Positions 18,144 through 27,115 of a DNA stretch of 64,000 bases are shown here, in pieces (position 1 is the first letter of the stretch; every line of letters begins with the position of its first letter). This DNA comes from a virus (lineage: Duplodnaviria; Caudoviricetes): the IMG/VR virus record IMGVR_UViG_3300032302_000065, one strand, 5' to 3'. The translations under genes and the position numbers were made by a program. The notes beneath the pieces were generated by a model that was not told the DNA's origin, did not search any database, and saw only the letters and a program-made list of their open reading frames with translations.

Positions 18144-18575
18144 TTAGCCGCCAAGAAGTTTACTTATTGCGTCTATTTTAATATGGGAGAATATCCATGC
18201 AAGAACCACGATTGCGCCGGCAGCCATCCACTTCCACTCCATAATTTTACGTAATTCGTTGTCTTCTTTTTTGTTATGCTCTTGAATTTCTTCACGAAGT
18301 GCTTTAATTTCATCCATGATTCTGCGTTCCGTCAATTCTACCTTGTCGGAAACTTCACGACTAATTGTGGTAATTCTAGAATGCAATTCTTTGATATCCG
18401 TGTTGGTGTCTGATTTTCTTTTTTCCATATCGTCATATATTTGATTGACCATACGGTCGTGATTATCCACCAGCTTTTCAATAAGCGAATCGATTTTATT
18501 ACAGAGTTGTGTAATTGTCAAGACTTGATTTTTTAAAACCTCAACATCAACTTTTAATTCTACTATATCACTCAT
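18144..18575 (-). CDS. coiled-coil protein with C-terminal TM (holin/XhlA-like candidate)
   Basis: coiled coil then WKWMAAGAIVVLAWIF; ATGA-coupled to o-spanin. Confidence 0.5.
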   Translation of the reverse strand: MSDIVELKVDVEVLKNQVLTITQLCNKIDSLIEKLVDNHDRMVNQIYDDMEKRKSDTNTDIKELHSRITTISREVSDKVELTERRIMDEIKALREEIQEHNKKEDNELRKIMEWKWMAAGAIVVLAWIFSHIKIDAISKLLGG

Positions 18576-18838
18576 TTCTTTAGTGTCTCGTAAATTTTCT
18601 TTTGAGTTTCGTACCATTCTATCCAAGCGTCATTTCTAACTGCACATTCGTAATACGTTGTGTAGTTTTGGGTTATTGTTTTAGATATCTCAGATAATTT
18701 AGATCCATCCATAGTTTTTAAAGACGGGCACTTAACTTTCATTTCATCTGGAACATCAGGAAATTTTACTGTCACAGGAACAACAGTAGAACATCCTGTT
18801 AATAGTATAAGCAATAAAGATGCAAGGTATTTATTCAT
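18572..18838 (-). CDS. o-spanin (Rz1-like lipoprotein)
   Basis: lipobox LLTGC, Pro-rich stretch, extra Cys pair; follows i-spanin. Confidence 0.8.
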   Translation of the reverse strand: MNKYLASLLLILLTGCSTVVPVTVKFPDVPDEMKVKCPSLKTMDGSKLSEISKTITQNYTTYYECAVRNDAWIEWYETQKKIYETLKK

Positions 18839-19281
18839 CTTGGATCCTTGACAGCATCATCATGCGCTATAAAAAATTCTTTAGGAATTTCACACGCACC
18901 TCCTGGTGCAAATATAGTATCATACTTAACAACTTCACGATCAATGTACTTAACAACTTCTGCACCTTGAACTTTAACTACTTCTATCTTCTTGACAACT
19001 TTTTCAACTATTTTTACATTTTCTTCAGCAGATTTAACTTCTACTTCAGCAACTTTTTTTTCCAATTCTCTTATTTTAGCAAGCCAAGATTCATTGTCTG
19101 ATATAGCGCCTGCCATATAAGTGCCAAAACATAATGCTATAGCAGATAATATCTGTATTGGTAGTCTATATGTTGACAATACAGGAATAAACTTAAAAAA
19201 CTCAGTCGCAATAATCCCTAATAATCCAATAAAGAATATTGCATAAAATGCCCAATTGGGCAACCATTTTAAAATCGACAT
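18835..19281 (-). CDS. i-spanin (Rz-like)
   Basis: N-terminal TMs, coiled coil, V/K-rich tract, C-terminal C-x-IP. Confidence 0.75.
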   Translation of the reverse strand: MSILKWLPNWAFYAIFFIGLLGIIATEFFKFIPVLSTYRLPIQILSAIALCFGTYMAGAISDNESWLAKIRELEKKVAEVEVKSAEENVKIVEKVVKKIEVVKVQGAEVVKYIDREVVKYDTIFAPGGACEIPKEFFIAHDDAVKDPR

Positions 19282-19283
19282 GA

Positions 19284-19403
19284 TTATTCTTTACTTGCGA
19301 ATGCAGAACGCACTTTAGTTTCTAACGTCTTAGCCCACGATGGTTGCGGAAAATGCCAACCAACAAATGCACCAATTAAAATCCAAAAAATTGTTTCTAA
19401 CAT
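19284..19403 (-). CDS. small membrane protein (39 aa)
   Basis: AAGGA RBS; MLETIFWILIGAFVGWHFPQPSWAK...; not in ORF track. Confidence 0.65.
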   Translation of the reverse strand: MLETIFWILIGAFVGWHFPQPSWAKTLETKVRSAFASKE

Positions 19404-19412
19404 ATCGTTTCC

Positions 19413-20453
19413 TTATACTGTGAATTTTTGATTATGCGTCATAAAGTTTTTCTTACGCATAACTGTCTTTGCTACTAAGTCTAACTCTTCAGCATCTCTA
19501 TCCCATTTCAATACGAATGGTAAATTGATTTGCGTCTTCATATCATTCAATACTGCTTCTGCATCTGGTCCTAACGCAGGAATTCTTTTTCCGTATTTCT
19601 GTAATGTTTTTTTAAATAATAATTGTAGTTCATCTACTGTGATAGGTTTACCATTACGTGCATCGTTAACTCTATCTAAAAAATGTTTAGTAAATGCAAC
19701 ATCGACATTTAATACTTTGAACAATTGATCTAAGTATTTTTCCAACTCATTCAATTGCGCCTGAGAAACTTCCTCAACTAATTGTTCTCTTTCAAATTGT
19801 TCTGTAAACATTCCCGAACGCCCGTGACGTAAGAATGTCATTGCGCCAGTTAATTCATCTTGTATGATAATTGGCTTCTTAGGATACTTGCGCCCATAGT
19901 CACGAATTGCATTTCCAACTTCATCATTACCAACATACTTTTCATATTTAAGATATTTCTTTTTACCAAATCGTGCGTCATTAAATTTCTTCGCATCAAC
20001 AACAAACACATCGTGGTTTGCAAATCTACGCATCATAACTTTAGTTGGCTTTGGAGGATCACCTTTTGTTCCAGCAATCTTACCATCACCAACATTGTTT
20101 GCTGGCGCATCTTCAGTCAAATAACTTTGCCCATTGTAGTATTCTAAAAACTGTTCTTCTAAAGTTTCTTCTCTAATATTCTTCTCTTCTTTCAAGAGAA
20201 ACAATGCGGCCGCATATGATGCAAGTTTGCTTTTGCCAAATGGCAATTTTTCTAAAACTCTTTTTAATTTTGAAATGAGTAAATCAAATTTAGTAAATGA
20301 GTCTTCTTGTGCGGGCGTTCTTTTTTCTGGTGGAACAATAATGTTTCCACCATCATCAATAACGCCAGTTTTAAATGCTTCCCACTCCGCAAATGGAGTA
20401 GTAAACAATCTTAAAATTCTATACACTAAGTATAAGTCTACTAAATTTGACAC
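19413..20453 (-). CDS. conserved T4-like virion-associated protein with extra C-terminal domain
   Basis: YRILRLFTTPF.EWEAFKTGVID N-domain; LTE|DAPAN and LVE|E putative cleavage sites. Confidence 0.65.
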   Translation of the reverse strand: MSNLVDLYLVYRILRLFTTPFAEWEAFKTGVIDDGGNIIVPPEKRTPAQEDSFTKFDLLISKLKRVLEKLPFGKSKLASYAAALFLLKEEKNIREETLEEQFLEYYNGQSYLTEDAPANNVGDGKIAGTKGDPPKPTKVMMRRFANHDVFVVDAKKFNDARFGKKKYLKYEKYVGNDEVGNAIRDYGRKYPKKPIIIQDELTGAMTFLRHGRSGMFTEQFEREQLVEEVSQAQLNELEKYLDQLFKVLNVDVAFTKHFLDRVNDARNGKPITVDELQLLFKKTLQKYGKRIPALGPDAEAVLNDMKTQINLPFVLKWDRDAEELDLVAKTVMRKKNFMTHNQKFTV

Positions 20454-20454
20454 T

Positions 20455-20811
20455 CTATATACTCTTCTTTAAATTGTTGTACAATGATAAATCTAATACT
20501 TCTACATCTTCAAGTTTTATATATTCAAGGTATAGAAGAAATGCATTTAATACATCATGATTTTTATCATCGATTTTAAATGCTAACATATTGACTGTAG
20601 CTTCAGCACCAAACACATTTGAAAGAGAAATTATATGATTTAAAATTAATCTCTCTTTCAATTCTTTCTTATCTACATATTTGTTTATTAACCTCTTGAT
20701 GTATTTAATAATTTTTAAATCATCTAAAAATTCTAATACAGATATGCAATTAGGATTTATGTAGTTGCTGACTGCATATTCATCAAAATTATCATTATTT
20801 AGAGTTGTCAT
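20455..20811 (-). CDS. conserved T4-like hypothetical protein
   Basis: EFLDDLK.IKYIKRL, ELKERLILNHII...NVFG. Confidence 0.75.
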   Translation of the reverse strand: MTTLNNDNFDEYAVSNYINPNCISVLEFLDDLKIIKYIKRLINKYVDKKELKERLILNHIISLSNVFGAEATVNMLAFKIDDKNHDVLNAFLLYLEYIKLEDVEVLDLSLYNNLKKSI

Positions 20812-21347
20812 TAGAACGTACTTAGTGCTACTCGCTTAATTACCGATGAACTAACTGCGATATACAAATAATTTGCGTCCCAAGTAATAGTGCCAACGCC
20901 CCAACCAATAGCTGTATTGTTTGAACTTGCTGGTGTTCTAGCAGTACGCACACGAAATGCATCAGAATTAATATCCAATACTTCTGTTGGTGCATTTGTC
21001 ATCAAACCAATCTTATCTGTAGTCGCATTAACATAGAACATGTTTGCTTGATTGTCAGATGCAATCTTAGTATCAGATTGAGTGCCGCCACTATTGATCG
21101 AAATACCCTTAGAAAATGTCGATTGATTATTTGCCGTTACCGTAAAGTTGTTTGCAGTAAATGCTGTGTCACCTACTGAAGCAAGATTGATTGTGTTTGA
21201 TGTTACTTGTGAGGTTGTACCAAAGAAATCACCAACAGTAATTTTTTTGCTGACTGGTGAACCTAATGGATCATCAATGATTAATAATAAATCGTCTTTT
21301 GTTGGTGCAGTCAATGCTGTCAACTGCGTTACTTTTTTATCTGCCAT
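20811..21347 (-). CDS. virion structural/fibre-like protein
   Basis: MADKKVTQLTAL..DDLLLIID, GTITWDANYLYIAV fibre-like motifs. Confidence 0.6.
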   Translation of the reverse strand: MADKKVTQLTALTAPTKDDLLLIIDDPLGSPVSKKITVGDFFGTTSQVTSNTINLASVGDTAFTANNFTVTANNQSTFSKGISINSGGTQSDTKIASDNQANMFYVNATTDKIGLMTNAPTEVLDINSDAFRVRTARTPASSNNTAIGWGVGTITWDANYLYIAVSSSVIKRVALSTF

Positions 21348-21404
21348 TTCTATTCCTTAATTTAAACCCAATTGAATGGGAATTCTACTTCCGGGACTCG
21401 GACC

Positions 21405-21426
21405 AAAAGGGGGCTATTAAGCCCCC
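21405..21426 (-). terminator. rho-independent terminator-like hairpin
   Basis: GGGGGC-TTAATA-GCCCCC-TTTT on minus strand. Confidence 0.65.
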
Positions 21427-21439
21427 ATGTGAAATAATA

Positions 21440-22219
21440 TTAAACGACTGTCAATACTGCGTTTGCAGATATTGTGTTTGCGCCAGTACCGTTTGTAACA
21501 GACATTTGGGCACGATAGATAGAACCTGTGCCTGCAATAGAAACGTTTGCAATGCTTAGAGTTGCTGTCGATGTGTTTGAGAATGTACCTGCGTTTGTCA
21601 AATCGGAGAATGTAGCATTGGCGTTAGCCGCTTGTTGCCAACGATAGTTGATTGTAGCGCCTGTTGGTACGGATGTTACAACAATAGTGAATGTGTTAGC
21701 TGTACCAGCAGTAACCGATTTGCTTGTTGGCTGTGTACCAATAACAAGTCTGTAATCTGGATATGCTACGTCTTCATCATCTGTTGCAGTAGACATAGAA
21801 CTGAATGATGCTAAAACTTCAGACTTTCTACGAATGTTACCATGCGTATCAGTATAGATGTTTGTGTAAACCCAGCCAGGAATCTCATTGTTAGCTGTTG
21901 CTTCGTTTACGTCAACACCATAAACTAAACCAATGCTCTGAACTGTTTTATCAGTACCAGCGGCAAGGTGTTTTGGTGATTGTTTTAACGTAGCACTAAC
22001 ACCTGTCGTATTAGCGATTGCCCAAGCTGGACTAATCGTCAATGCAGTATTGCTAGTGATTCCGATAATTTTTGCGAAAGTGCTGTTAACTTTAATAACA
22101 TCACCAACTTTTGTTTCTGTTGTGAATACTGTGCTAGTTCCAGTAACTGTAGCGGATCCGTTTGTTGTTGCTACTGTGCCTGTTAAAGCAAGTGCTGAAT
22201 TATTTCCCCATAGTGCCAT
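21440..22219 (-). CDS. virion structural protein with C-terminal Ig-like domain
   Basis: MALWG start, Thr/Ala-rich beta protein, QPTS...F...YRWQ...ATLSI...YR Ig pattern; late promoter upstream. Confidence 0.7.
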   Translation of the reverse strand: MALWGNNSALALTGTVATTNGSATVTGTSTVFTTETKVGDVIKVNSTFAKIIGITSNTALTISPAWAIANTTGVSATLKQSPKHLAAGTDKTVQSIGLVYGVDVNEATANNEIPGWVYTNIYTDTHGNIRRKSEVLASFSSMSTATDDEDVAYPDYRLVIGTQPTSKSVTAGTANTFTIVVTSVPTGATINYRWQQAANANATFSDLTNAGTFSNTSTATLSIANVSIAGTGSIYRAQMSVTNGTGANTISANAVLTVV

Positions 22220-22234
22220 GGTGTTCTCCTTTTA

Positions 22235-22729
22235 TTAATATCCTAGTTTTCTTAATTGTGAAATAGTGTTCATACTATTTATATGTCGTATTCCAATTCC
22301 TCCAGCGGAAACCCACTCTTTGATGTTTTTTTCATAATCATCAATCAAAAGATTTGGTGTTCCATCGCTGTTTACTGCAAATTTCTGTTTATCTTCTCTC
22401 GGAACAAGATAAATGTGGTCTACATTACCTAAATGTTTTCGAACCCATTCAATCTTTTCCGGCTTACATGTAGCCATGCGTTTAGAAGGAGTAGATAATA
22501 CATATGGATTATGCGGCTTAATATATCTCCATAACATCATACCATCAGGCATTGGCTCTAAGTTAGCCCAAAATTTTGGAACTTGTTTTAGTGCTTCCCA
22601 CTTAGCATTCTTTTCTTCTTCCGGAAACGGTTTTAATCCTGCGGCAGCTAATGCTTTATTTGCACCACCCACGAAATTGACTAACACTTGATCCATGTCA
22701 CAATAAATTTGTGGCAATCCATTATTCAT
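22235..22729 (-). CDS. HAD-superfamily 5'(3')-deoxyribonucleotidase-like phosphatase
   Basis: IYCDMDQVL, LSTP, K..W, LLIDD, W..AGGIGI.H. Confidence 0.8.
   Translation of the reverse strand: MNNGLPQIYCDMDQVLVNFVGGANKALAAAGLKPFPEEEKNAKWEALKQVPKFWANLEPMPDGMMLWRYIKPHNPYVLSTPSKRMATCKPEKIEWVRKHLGNVDHIYLVPREDKQKFAVNSDGTPNLLIDDYEKNIKEWVSAGGIGIRHINSMNTISQLRKLGY
22276..22283 (-). promoter_or_regulatory. T4 late promoter
   Basis: TATAAATA on minus strand, about 57 nt upstream of the 22219 start. Confidence 0.65.
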
Positions 22730-22730
22730 T

Positions 22731-24647
22731 TTATTTTACTTCTTCTTTTAATTCTGGATTGATTTCAATTGGTTCTTTTTTACCAGTTAATGGTTCGCCT
22801 TTTTTAACTGAAGCATTGTTTGGGGTTTCTTCTTTCATTTTCTTTTTAACATCTTTGAAAGTTTTTTTCTTAGCTTCAGTCATAACAACTTCTTCTTTGT
22901 TTAGAAGATTGTGATAGCGAACTGCTTTTTTTAAGTCTTTGCTTGCGTTTGCATTCTTTGGATCACCTGCTTTGTCAAAATGATCGTCTGCTTTAGCTTT
23001 TGCTTCAGCACCACGCTTCATCGCTTTGATTTTATCCACTAAACTTTCTTTCATATTTTTTGGCTTCTTACCAGCCTTCTTCATATCAATAGCGATAGCC
23101 GCTTGCTGTGCAGGTGATGCCGCTTCTTTAGCTAAACGCTTTTCTGCTCTTTCTTGGCCAGCACTCCTATTTGCAAATTTGTGACTATTTTTGTTAAATG
23201 CCGCAACTGCTTTGGCTATATTTTTTTTATTATCAAGGGCTCTAGAAAGTTTATCTAATTGAATGTCTTGATCCTTTTCGGATTTTTTCACATAAGAGTA
23301 CAATGTATCTTTGTTCAATTCGTCCAACTGAACTTCTTCAATGTACATGTTCAATTCATACTTGTGATTGTCCATGTTGTACACTTGAAGGTGCAATGCT
23401 TTCTTAGATTCTTTGCCGTCTTTCTTCAACTTGACGGAGAATGAATTTGTTTTACCAGCAGAAGGTTTCTTGGGACCAGTAGCAACTTTATCGTGCCAAT
23501 CATCCATGTCTACTTCAAAGCCACGCTTCTCTGCTTGTTTGATAGCTGTTTGTACTGCTGAAGAATAATCTTTGTGATAGATTTCGTAATCAGATTTTCC
23601 TTCATCCATACGCCCATTAGATGCAAGTCTTTCTTTACGTCTTTGTGCGGCAAAGTCTGCACCTTGTGGTTTCTTTTTATTGCGAATTGCGGCTAAATCA
23701 AAACCATCAATCTTTCCGTTTTTGTTCTTGTCAATTTCTTTTTGCTTTGGTGACAACAACTCTTCAGTTTTTGATTTTACATCATTGTCAAATTGTTTTT
23801 TAGTTGCTTTGATGATTCCGCTGAAACGTTTGTTGCCACGTTTCATGTCACCTGCTTTATCGGCAGCCGATGCATCTGCGCCAGCTTTCTTTTTGTAGTC
23901 TGCTAGTTTGTTTGTAGACAATTCATCAATAGATTCAACTTCTTCAACCTTTAGACTTATACTCTTTTTTAATTTGTTAACATCTTGTTTGTTTGCTTTT
24001 CCTGCGCTAGTTACACGGGCTGGACTTCTGTGTGCGAGTTTATCATAAGACCCAAGAGTATGCCCTGGTCTTGTATAGTGACCTTTAGCATCTGCGGCAC
24101 CTTGAACTGCGGCCGCAGATTTTGCATCTTTGGTTTTCTTAGCACGATCTGCAAATTTTTGAGGATCGTGTGACTTACCATAATGATAATCTGCATCAGG
24201 ATCGGAGGCGGCGTGTGCGGCTTTAGCTAAAAGTTTCGTTGAAATTTCATCAAGCTGAACGTCTTCTTTTTTCATGCTCTTTCTAAGAACACGATTCTGT
24301 GCAAGTTTAGATACAAATTTTACATTTGCATCAGCAAGAGATTTTAAAGATTTCAAATCTAACTTGTCAAGCATAGCAATTAATTTTTTGTATGTATCAC
24401 TTGATGGATCAATTGTATTAATCTTAGAGTACTCTGCTTTCAAAGCGGCAATTTGAGATGCGCTAAATGATTCTGTCATTGTTTCTTCCTTCTGTAAAGA
24501 CTTTCTCTGTGCGGCAAGCGCCTCACGTTCTTTATTTTGTTTCATGCGTAACTGAACCATTTTCAATGATAATTGGGCACGTTTTTCGGCAGACTTATCT
24601 GCGACTGCTGTGCCTGATCCAACTTTTGCTTCTTCTATATCTTTCAT
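22731..24647 (-). CDS. Lys/Ala-rich modular internal head protein (putative polyprotein)
   Basis: repeated (L/I/M)-x-E junctions (VQLDE x2, SIDE, RMDE, MTE) separating modules. Confidence 0.6.
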   Translation of the reverse strand: MKDIEEAKVGSGTAVADKSAEKRAQLSLKMVQLRMKQNKEREALAAQRKSLQKEETMTESFSASQIAALKAEYSKINTIDPSSDTYKKLIAMLDKLDLKSLKSLADANVKFVSKLAQNRVLRKSMKKEDVQLDEISTKLLAKAAHAASDPDADYHYGKSHDPQKFADRAKKTKDAKSAAAVQGAADAKGHYTRPGHTLGSYDKLAHRSPARVTSAGKANKQDVNKLKKSISLKVEEVESIDELSTNKLADYKKKAGADASAADKAGDMKRGNKRFSGIIKATKKQFDNDVKSKTEELLSPKQKEIDKNKNGKIDGFDLAAIRNKKKPQGADFAAQRRKERLASNGRMDEGKSDYEIYHKDYSSAVQTAIKQAEKRGFEVDMDDWHDKVATGPKKPSAGKTNSFSVKLKKDGKESKKALHLQVYNMDNHKYELNMYIEEVQLDELNKDTLYSYVKKSEKDQDIQLDKLSRALDNKKNIAKAVAAFNKNSHKFANRSAGQERAEKRLAKEAASPAQQAAIAIDMKKAGKKPKNMKESLVDKIKAMKRGAEAKAKADDHFDKAGDPKNANASKDLKKAVRYHNLLNKEEVVMTEAKKKTFKDVKKKMKEETPNNASVKKGEPLTGKKEPIEINPELKEEVK

Positions 24648-24660
24648 GTGTATCTCCGCT

Positions 24661-27042
24661 TTAATCTAATTCGCTTACGCTTTTGTCTGAACGCCACATT
24701 TGGCAAGACCAATAGTTTGCTTTCCACTTTGGTCCAGGATTGTCGCAACCGTGTCTAGCACGATAGCTTTTTAATCTTTCAGGATCGTCACGTTTGATTT
24801 CCATATTAGGATCACCAAAACGAACGACAACAACTTTACCATTTGGACCCATAGTGTAGACACCAAACTTCTTCGGACCATCAGGTGTTCTGAATGGATC
24901 ATTCAATTTAACAGACTTACCTTGATAATCTGCTTCAAATAAAATATTTACCCAATCAACTTCTTCTGCAATATCTTCTTCAACGGGAACACAATTAGGA
25001 ACAGTTTTACCATTTTTAACTTTTGTGCCAACTGGTTTGTATCCTTTCCAGCAAGGATTATCTTTTGGGTCTTTCAAACCTTCATCAACTTCTTTGCAAT
25101 CATCACAGCAATGATCTGCATTTTGAATATCCGTTGATTGTCCTGGAGTATCGGCTGCGTATGATTTACGCATTGCATCTGTACCCCATTCTAATGCTTC
25201 AAACATTTTATTCAATGTAACTTTTTCTGCTAAATCTTTATCTTCGTTTAGCCAAGAATTACCTTTGCGTGTGATGAATGAATTTACTCTAGCAAAAGCC
25301 CATTGTTCTTGTGTCATCATACCTTTTTTAGGTGATGCTAAACCACGGCGATAAACTTCTTTTAGAACGTCATATGAAATGCCAGACTTCTCAGACTTAT
25401 TGTATAGACTCTTAATCTCTTCAATGATTGGTTTAAATTCTTCGTATGCATCACCAAAGTCGGCTGGCTCCATATCATTTATATACGCATCGACTTCATT
25501 ACCATATTCTCCATCATCATCTTCACCATCGTCTTCAAAGTTATCATCGAATTCTAGATAGTCACGAACTGTGGCAATGTAATCTTCTGCTTTAGTAATT
25601 TTAGAAAGAACCCATTCGTCTGGTTCTTCATCCATAGCATCTAACTGCTGAATTAAATCTTCTGCGTCATCGCAAATATTAGACAACTGAATTTGTGCCA
25701 TAGAGATTCCATCCATCTCTGCGGAATCATCATCTTCATAATTATCATATTCATCATTGTTTAGATTATCATCAACAGATTCTTTTTGTAACTGCGTCTT
25801 AGTCATTCTGAACAATGCATCGCTTGAAGTCACCATGTCAAGCAATGTAGTTAACAAATCATTTGTTGCTGTGCGTTCTTGTGGTGATAATACATCTCCG
25901 TTTTTCAATTTATCAACAGAACGTTTTATTGTTGACAAAGATTTTGTATCAGCTAAACCTAAACGAACTAATTGATCTAGTCTAGAAGATTCTTTTCTAG
26001 CTTCTGGAGTTTTAACTGCCTCAACAAATGTTCCAAACATACGATTAACATCTTCTTTTTTAACTTTAGATGCCATCATTGCTTGAGTTCGTCTATCCAA
26101 TGCATTTTTTCTCGCAAGAGGAACTAAACGTGCGGCTAGTTTTCTAATGCTAGGTAACATTTTCTGCAATCGTGTATCGATAGAGATTTTTTCTCCAGTA
26201 CTCAAATCTGCATAACTCTTTCCAGCAGAAGCAAAACGCTGTCTGAAGAATTTGTATGCTAATTTTTTAGCGCCTCTTTGGACACGTTTATTATCTGGTG
26301 CACGTTTTGATTGCAACTGTCTTGCTCTAAGCAATCTCTTAGCCATTCTTTTAAATTGTTGCGCTCTATGTCTACGTTGTGCGTAACCAAGTACTGCTTC
26401 GTCCTGTTGTTCTAATTCTTCGTTCATGCCACCACCTATGTATTTGTCTAAAAGTTTTTTCACTTTAGCTTTATTTTTTGCTTTTGGATATAAATCGCTT
26501 ATGATTTTATCTCTTTCTTCTGAGTCTGCGTCTGAATACATTTTTCTAACTTGACTGCCAGAGAATGCTTCTTTACCATTAACTGTAAAGTCATGTTTCT
26601 TAGTTACAAAAATATATGCGTGTGTCTCAAATGATTCACATTTGTCAATGCTAACAAATGGCTGATAATATGCTGGTGAACCATCTTTTTTTGTGTACTT
26701 CATTGGGTCACGTTCTGAACGAACAAGAATGAGAATGTCTTTTTTTTCGTCATACTTCTTCATAATCTCTTCCGGATTAATCGGCTGAACGACCTGAACG
26801 AAATCGTCTGTAACTCCTGCTTGTTGTGCTAGGAATTCTTTATCTTTGAATGGAATTGGACGGACTTTTGTGTCGTTGCTAGATGCAACATAAAAGTCTG
26901 GAGTATGGAATTTGGATTTGGCTTGAGTGTAACTACTCAAATGTCCTGCGTGAAATGGCTGGAAGCCACCACCGTACACGACAATTACTTTGCCTTTTGC
27001 TTTTGCTTCATCAAGCAATACTGATTCTTTAAACGATTTCAT
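24661..27042 (-). CDS. HIGH-family nucleotidyltransferase fused to internal-protein modules
   Basis: GGGFQPFHAGH, SGSQVR; N-terminal MKSFKESVLLDE; QEQWAFARVNSF, CWKGY..PNCVP and RARHGC..YWSC modules. Confidence 0.75.
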   Translation of the reverse strand: MKSFKESVLLDEAKAKGKVIVVYGGGFQPFHAGHLSSYTQAKSKFHTPDFYVASSNDTKVRPIPFKDKEFLAQQAGVTDDFVQVVQPINPEEIMKKYDEKKDILILVRSERDPMKYTKKDGSPAYYQPFVSIDKCESFETHAYIFVTKKHDFTVNGKEAFSGSQVRKMYSDADSEERDKIISDLYPKAKNKAKVKKLLDKYIGGGMNEELEQQDEAVLGYAQRRHRAQQFKRMAKRLLRARQLQSKRAPDNKRVQRGAKKLAYKFFRQRFASAGKSYADLSTGEKISIDTRLQKMLPSIRKLAARLVPLARKNALDRRTQAMMASKVKKEDVNRMFGTFVEAVKTPEARKESSRLDQLVRLGLADTKSLSTIKRSVDKLKNGDVLSPQERTATNDLLTTLLDMVTSSDALFRMTKTQLQKESVDDNLNNDEYDNYEDDDSAEMDGISMAQIQLSNICDDAEDLIQQLDAMDEEPDEWVLSKITKAEDYIATVRDYLEFDDNFEDDGEDDDGEYGNEVDAYINDMEPADFGDAYEEFKPIIEEIKSLYNKSEKSGISYDVLKEVYRRGLASPKKGMMTQEQWAFARVNSFITRKGNSWLNEDKDLAEKVTLNKMFEALEWGTDAMRKSYAADTPGQSTDIQNADHCCDDCKEVDEGLKDPKDNPCWKGYKPVGTKVKNGKTVPNCVPVEEDIAEEVDWVNILFEADYQGKSVKLNDPFRTPDGPKKFGVYTMGPNGKVVVVRFGDPNMEIKRDDPERLKSYRARHGCDNPGPKWKANYWSCQMWRSDKSVSELD

Positions 27043-27105
27043 ATTCTTAGAGTTTTCCGTAGACTTATCTGTACAGGTTTGCCGTAGCCTAACTGAGTTA
27101 TACTT

Positions 27106-27113
27106 TATTTATA
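27106..27113 (-). promoter_or_regulatory. T4 late promoter
   Basis: TATAAATA on minus strand upstream of 27042. Confidence 0.75.
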
Positions 27114-27115
27114 AT

